In this document: one piece after another, positions 55,852 to 60,237 of the stretch
How the letters are laid out: every line of letters begins with the position of its first letter
How positions within the stretch are numbered: position 1 is the first letter of the stretch
Assembly (NCBI GenBank): GCA_038207085.1
Contig: JBBRAE010000018.1
Coordinates: forward strand, 1 to 60,237
Direction of reading: 5' to 3'
From: Armatimonadota bacterium
GTDB lineage: Bacteria > Armatimonadota > UBA5829 > DTLH01
DNA length: 60,237 bases
Translations under genes and position numbers: made by a program
The notes under the pieces: generated by a model
Databases searched by the model: none
The model's input: only the letters and a program-made list of their open reading frames with translations
What the model was told of the DNA's origin: nothing

Positions 55852-56840
55852 ATCCGAACGACTTTTCCTTCTTCCGAGGAGCGATATATCGCACGGGCAA
55901 GGAGAAGCGCCTCAAGGCCGTCGTAACCGCTCGGGGAGGGCTCGCGGTCATCGCGCACGCTTGCGTAAAGGTCCTCCACATCAAGCTCAAAGGAGCGGTC
56001 AGTCTCACCTGACAGGTCGATAGTCTCTTCAAGACTCGCGCCTGCAAGCCCAGGGCGATACCCGACCCGGACGAGGGCGTTGTCGTAGTCCAGAAGCACG
56101 TAACCCTCGCTGCCCGAGATATCGAGGCTCATATAGTCGCGCCAGTCAGTCCACGATGAGTGAAAAATCGCAGCGTGACCGTCCGAGGTTTCAAGAATCG
56201 CGAAGGCGTTGTCCTCACAGGGATGGATGTTGTACACAAGCGAAGCAGTGTGCCCTATGGCCGAGCGAAATTCGCCCATAAAGTAACGCAAGAGGTCGAG
56301 TAGGTCGCAGCCGTTGTCAATAAGTGTGCCGCCGCCTGCAAGCTCGCAGTTGACCATCCACTCCGCAGGTCTGGTGATGTAGCTTCCGCGCCCGGTGCGT
56401 CCACGGATGAAGGTAATCTTGCCGAGTTGGCCCGAGTCGATGATCGCGCGGGCCTTCAGCGATACAGGATGAAACCTCGCCGACAGCCCGGTTTTCAGCT
56501 TGACCCGATGTTCGCGGGCGACGGCGACCATCTGCTCGGCTTCAGAGACGTTTCGAGCCAGGGGGCGCTCGCAGAGGATGTGTTTGCCAGCCTCAGCGGC
56601 ACCGATGGCGATCCCGGCGTGCGTCCCGTTTGCAGTCGCGATCACTACCCCATCGACGTCGACACGGGATATGGCCGCGCGCCAGTCGGTCGAGACCTCC
56701 GCCCCATACCGGGACGCAAACGCGTCGGCGCGATCATGCACCGAGTCAACGCAGACAACTATCTGAGCGCCCTCTACCGACTCTATTGCCGCCGCACGAC
56801 GACTCCCAGCTTCACCGCAACCAATAATCGCAAAACGCAT
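55848..56840 (-). CDS. Gfo/Idh/MocA family oxidoreductase
   Basis: IIGCG, AGKHILCERP, GGGTLID and EDNA. Confidence 0.9.
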   Translation of the reverse strand: MRFAIIGCGEAGSRRAAAIESVEGAQIVVCVDSVHDRADAFASRYGAEVSTDWRAAISRVDVDGVVIATANGTHAGIAIGAAEAGKHILCERPLARNVSEAEQMVAVAREHRVKLKTGLSARFHPVSLKARAIIDSGQLGKITFIRGRTGRGSYITRPAEWMVNCELAGGGTLIDNGCDLLDLLRYFMGEFRSAIGHTASLVYNIHPCEDNAFAILETSDGHAAIFHSSWTDWRDYMSLDISGSEGYVLLDYDNALVRVGYRPGLAGASLEETIDLSGETDRSFELDVEDLYASVRDDREPSPSGYDGLEALLLARAIYRSSEEGKVVRI

Positions 56841-56899
56841 CGCAAACAGGCTCCATTATAGTCCCCTGTTACGTGTTCCCTGTTGGCAGGCTGAATAAA

Positions 56900-57310
56900 C
56901 TAACGAGCGAGCTTGATGGCCTCCCACGAGACAATCTTGATCTTCTCAGTCTCGGGATGGCCCTTGTAGCCGACCTTGACTTCCTCACCATGCACGAGCG
57001 CGTCATAGTCCTTGCGGCTGAGGGTTTTCTTCACATCCTGACCGTAGAGGTGGAATGTGACAACACAGTCGCGGCCGACGATCTCTTTGGACTGGACTTT
57101 GGCGATGCTGTAGAAAGGCTTCGCCTTTTTCTCTACATCACCGGAGTGGCGCATCACCCGAGCCATGCCAAACACCATAGCCGAAAGCACAATTGCGACT
57201 ATTGCGATCACCACGGCGGTCCAAAGCTTGGTCCGGCGCTGCTCCGCCTGCTGGGTCTTGCGTCGGCGCTTCCAGGCCGGTTCTTCGTTTAGAATCTTGT
57301 CTTTTTTCAA
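56900..57310 (-). CDS. Hypothetical single-pass membrane protein
   Basis: Basic N-terminus, one TM and a small beta-rich domain; GGGAGG RBS. Confidence 0.6.
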   Translation of the reverse strand: MKKDKILNEEPAWKRRRKTQQAEQRRTKLWTAVVIAIVAIVLSAMVFGMARVMRHSGDVEKKAKPFYSIAKVQSKEIVGRDCVVTFHLYGQDVKKTLSRKDYDALVHGEEVKVGYKGHPETEKIKIVSWEAIKLAR

Positions 57311-57407
57311 GTAAGGGATTTACCTCCCACATAGATGGCGGTTGTTGCCATTTACGATCTCATTGTGCGTTGGCCGACAGCAGCGCGCGACTGCGCTGCG
57401 AGAGGCA

Positions 57408-58244
57408 CTACGCACGACTCCTGGGTTTTTGGAAGAGGATTACGTACTCGTGCTTGAATATGTAGAACCCGCCGGCAAGCGCGCGATAACGCCAAAGGTT
57501 GTTGGTTCGCCCCTTGGCGACTTCGTTGCCTTCGATGTTCTTGACTATGATCGATTTTAGTTTAAAGCCAAGTTCGGTCATCACCTGCATCGTGAGAAAC
57601 CCGAGCGGAACAAGCTCGCCCGCGGTGTATTTGTCCCCGATAATCAGCGCGGCGAACCGTCCGGGTTCCAGGAGATCGAACCCGTTTGAGGCGACCCGGC
57701 GAAACCCGTCCAGAAAGTCATCGACTTCGGCGGCGTTCGAGAGGTCGGAGGCGTCCTCGCTGAACTTTATGATGTCCCAGTACGGCGGATGCAGTATCAG
57801 AAACTGCGCGTCTTCGCTCCCAAACGCTCGGAGCGAATGGCGAGCTTTTTCGGCGGCTTCAGGGCTTCCGCTGTCGGCGCAGACGATCGAGACGCCGGGC
57901 TCATCCCCAAGCTTCCCTTGAACGTAGTCGGCTACCTTTTGCTGGAGCTCGACACCGACGCATCGGCGGCCCATGTTCACCGACTCGATCGCGCTGGTCC
58001 CGGAGCCGAGGAACAGGTCGAGAACGATGTCCCCCGCCTTGGAGTAGCGCGTTAGGAGCTGCGTCGCGATCTGCGGGATGTAGTTGCCGTGGTAGTCGAG
58101 CTTGTGCCCGTTGCCCTTTTCGCGCGAGCCGAACTGCCAAAGCGTCCCGGTCTCGATCTCGGTATACTCGCGCCATTTCTTAGGGTCTATATCTGAATAT
58201 GGAAGGCTTCCGCCCTTTTCAGGGTTTTCCAAGTCTTGCGCCAA
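57408..58244 (-). CDS. Amino (N4-C/N6-A)-type DNA methyltransferase, orphan
   Basis: YHGNYIPQIA, VLDLFLGSGT (motif I), HPPY (motif IV) and HEYVILF. Confidence 0.85.
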   Translation of the reverse strand: MAQDLENPEKGGSLPYSDIDPKKWREYTEIETGTLWQFGSREKGNGHKLDYHGNYIPQIATQLLTRYSKAGDIVLDLFLGSGTSAIESVNMGRRCVGVELQQKVADYVQGKLGDEPGVSIVCADSGSPEAAEKARHSLRAFGSEDAQFLILHPPYWDIIKFSEDASDLSNAAEVDDFLDGFRRVASNGFDLLEPGRFAALIIGDKYTAGELVPLGFLTMQVMTELGFKLKSIIVKNIEGNEVAKGRTNNLWRYRALAGGFYIFKHEYVILFQKPRSRA

Positions 58245-58333
58245 TTAGCGACCTCTGTATCTATTGAAGTAACAATATCTTAGCACAGATAGATCGTGAG
58301 GTGGAACAACTTAGAGGTATTTGTGGGTCGGTG

Positions 58334-58609
58334 GAGCTGCCTTGATTGGCCTTTGGCGATTCTTTGGGTGGAGCGCACGTTTCGAGAGCCTCAACGTGAT
58401 TAGTTTTGATTGATCAAATATGGGAGATGGTGGTCGTCGCTCACCCTTCGTAATTCGAGAGCCTCAGCAGGGCTCAGGGTGGCGGTTACACAGGCTCAAT
58501 GCACGGTACAGTCTCTCACACATCCACCCAAGCCAAATCATATCACCCTGAGGCTCTCGAAGGGTGCGCTAGACAAATCTATCGATGTACAACAGCAAAT
58601 GGGAGCTAA
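58334..58609 (-). repeat. ~210-bp MITE/REPIN-like element, copy 2 (inverted, with an internal insertion)
   Basis: Colinear reverse-complement match to 3287-3495. Confidence 0.8.
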
Positions 58610-58655
58610 CAAAATCTCCCAACTCTCGTCAATCCCTCAGACCGGAGGCAATAAC

Positions 58656-58835
58656 ATGCTTACAGCAGTAGAGCATTACGCGGCGAAAAAAATCAGGAAC
58701 TGGACACAGAGAGCCTACAAGGCGTTCTGTTCGATGTGCGGCGACGAGACGGTCCTGCCGACACGACCCGACGAACGACACCCCGTATTCTGCCTGGAGT
58801 GCTATCACCAGCGGCGCAAGCGCAAAGCTAGCTAG
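58656..58835 (+). CDS. CxxC-x17-CxxC zinc-ribbon small protein
   Basis: CSMC-GDETVLPTRPDERHPVF-CLEC; GGAGG RBS. Confidence 0.8.
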   Translation: MLTAVEHYAAKKIRNWTQRAYKAFCSMCGDETVLPTRPDERHPVFCLECYHQRRKRKAS

Positions 58836-58868
58836 AGCTTTATTCACTTCACGAATATAGCGGGCTAG
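58832..58868 (-). mobile_element. Short CTAG-MITE copy between two convergent TAG stops
   Basis: CTAGAGCTTTATTCACTTCACGAATATAGCGGGCTAG. Confidence 0.75.
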
Positions 58869-59674
58869 TCGAGCCAGCGCGCGACGTCTTTGGCGTGGTA
58901 GGTGAGGATTATATCGGCCCCGGCGCGCTTGATCGAGGTCATAATCTCCATGACGATGCGCCGTTCGTCTACCCAGCCCATATTGGCCGCGGCTTTGACC
59001 ATGGAATACTCGCCCGAGACGTTGTAGGCGGCGATCGGAACATCGAATGTCGAGGCGGCGTCACTTATGATATCGAGGTAAGAAAGCGCGGGCTTGACCA
59101 TGATCATATCCGCCCCCTCTTCGATATCAAGGGACATCTCTTTCATCGCCTCGCGCCGGTTTGCGGGGTCCATCTGGTAGCCCCGTCGGTCTCCAAACTG
59201 AGGAGCGCTGTCGGCGGCCTCCCTGAAGGGACCATAAAAAGCCGATGCGAACTTGGCGGCGTAGGACAAGATAGGAACCTCTTCGTAGCCCCGTTCATCA
59301 AGCCCCTCACGGATCGCTCCGACGCGCCCGTCCATCATATCCGACGGGGCGATGATATCGGCCCCGGCTTCGGCGTGCGAGATGGCGATTCGGGCGATGT
59401 ACTCAAGCGTCTCGTCGTTGTCTACCCCACCGTGGTGGATGATCCCGCAGTGGCCGTGGCTTGTGTATTCGCACATGCAGACGTCTGTGATGACTACAAG
59501 ATCGGGGAGCGCGTCTTTCAGGGCTCGAACGGCTCGCTGAACGATCCCATCACGTGCGTACCCTTCGCTTCCGACCTCGTCTTTTGAGCTTGGCAGGCCA
59601 AAGAGAAGCACTGCAGGGATGCCAAGCCCGGCGACCTCGCGAGCCTCCTCTACAAGCGCGTCGACTGAGAAATG
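58865..59674 (-). pseudogene. hemB: Porphobilinogen synthase, 5'-truncated at a junction
   Basis: [39 protein letters not shown] and AYNVSGEY; the N-terminal RxRR region is missing. Confidence 0.88.
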
Positions 59675-59675
59675 A

Positions 59676-60227
59676 CCTGAACGTGGTCGCATCGGCATCT
59701 TCAACCGATCCTATTATGAGGAAGTATTAATCGTTCGTGTACATCCAGAAATTCTTCTCGGTCAAAGTCTTCCAGATGAACAGCTCGATGAAGAAGCCAT
59801 ATGGGAGGGTAGATTTAGATCTATCGTGGATCTTGAAAATCATCTTTATCGGAATGGTACAAGAGTGATCAAATTCTTCCTTCATCTGTCAAAGGAAGAG
59901 CAGCGCGAGCGCTTTCTTGATCGCATAAATGAACCTGATAAAAACTGGAAGTTTAGTCTTGCTGACATAGAAGAACGGAAGTTTTGGAATGATTATATGC
60001 ATGCCTATGAAGCCTGTCTTACTGCAACAAGTACAAAAAATGCACCGTGGTATGTTGTGCCTGCAGATGATAAAGAAAATGCTCGGTTGATTGTTTCTCA
60101 AATCATTCTGGATACTTTTAATGCGCTCGAAATGAGATATCCAGAAGCAGATGAAAAGCGCCACCAAGAGTTGTTGTCGATTCGTCAGCAACTGATAAAG
60201 CAAGGGTCCGATGGGAAGCTAGGCTAG
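59676..60227 (+). pseudogene. Polyphosphate kinase 2 family, C-terminal half only
   Basis: [42 protein letters not shown] and [11 protein letters not shown]; in-frame TGA directly upstream; AT-rich. Confidence 0.85.
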
Positions 60228-60237
60228 CGCGCTTTGC

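Noticed and set aside
57408..58835. Restriction-modification or defence island around the methyltransferase
   Set aside because: The neighbours are a small membrane protein and a zinc-ribbon protein; no nuclease, helicase or specificity subunit is visible.
60224..60237. CTAGCGCGCTTTGC at the ppk2 stop as an eighth CTAG-MITE copy or IS end
   Set aside because: Only 14 bp are visible, with mismatches; it cannot be supported without downstream sequence.

Overview
A GC-rich bacterial chromosomal segment. The gene mix (ExbB/ExbD/TonB, GerMN, stand-alone LuxR, many sugar enzymes) suggests a diderm Terrabacteria lineage such as Armatimonadota; this is inference only. Housekeeping genes: leuS, a comM/yifB-family ATPase, tatD, amidase-GerMN-murI-rph-rdgB, mraZ, ruvC-hisG-ruvA-ruvB and hemB. 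Metabolic genes: uxaC-uxaE, GH14/42-like, GH2 and GH32 glycosidases, a sugar ABC system, fabF and a YitJ-type methionine enzyme. There is also a vapBC toxin-antitoxin pair. No rRNA, tRNA or CRISPR array was found. The most interesting content is non-coding. (1) A RAYT (HUH) transposase whose two flanks reappear, joined without the gene, as REPIN-like elements. (2) An ~80-bp two-hairpin MITE in 7 copies that inserts at CTAG/TAG; removing it restores the RAYT and pfkB C-termini. (3) A 92-bp near-perfect REP-type inverted repeat bracketing a two-gene methionine cassette, a possible cargo-carrying REPIN. (4) A consensus promoter followed by four 10-bp-periodic MraZ-type boxes, in front of an unknown Zn-finger gene and an mraZ detached from the dcw cluster. 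(5) A ~330-nt structured, ANGGA-rich leader behind a perfect sigma70 promoter. (6) A duplicated SigB/SigF-like promoter module before two secreted OB-fold paralogues. Several loci are stitched-together gene fragments (33.9-37.3 kb, and a hemB/ppk2 junction near the end), which could be deletional decay or assembly chimerism.
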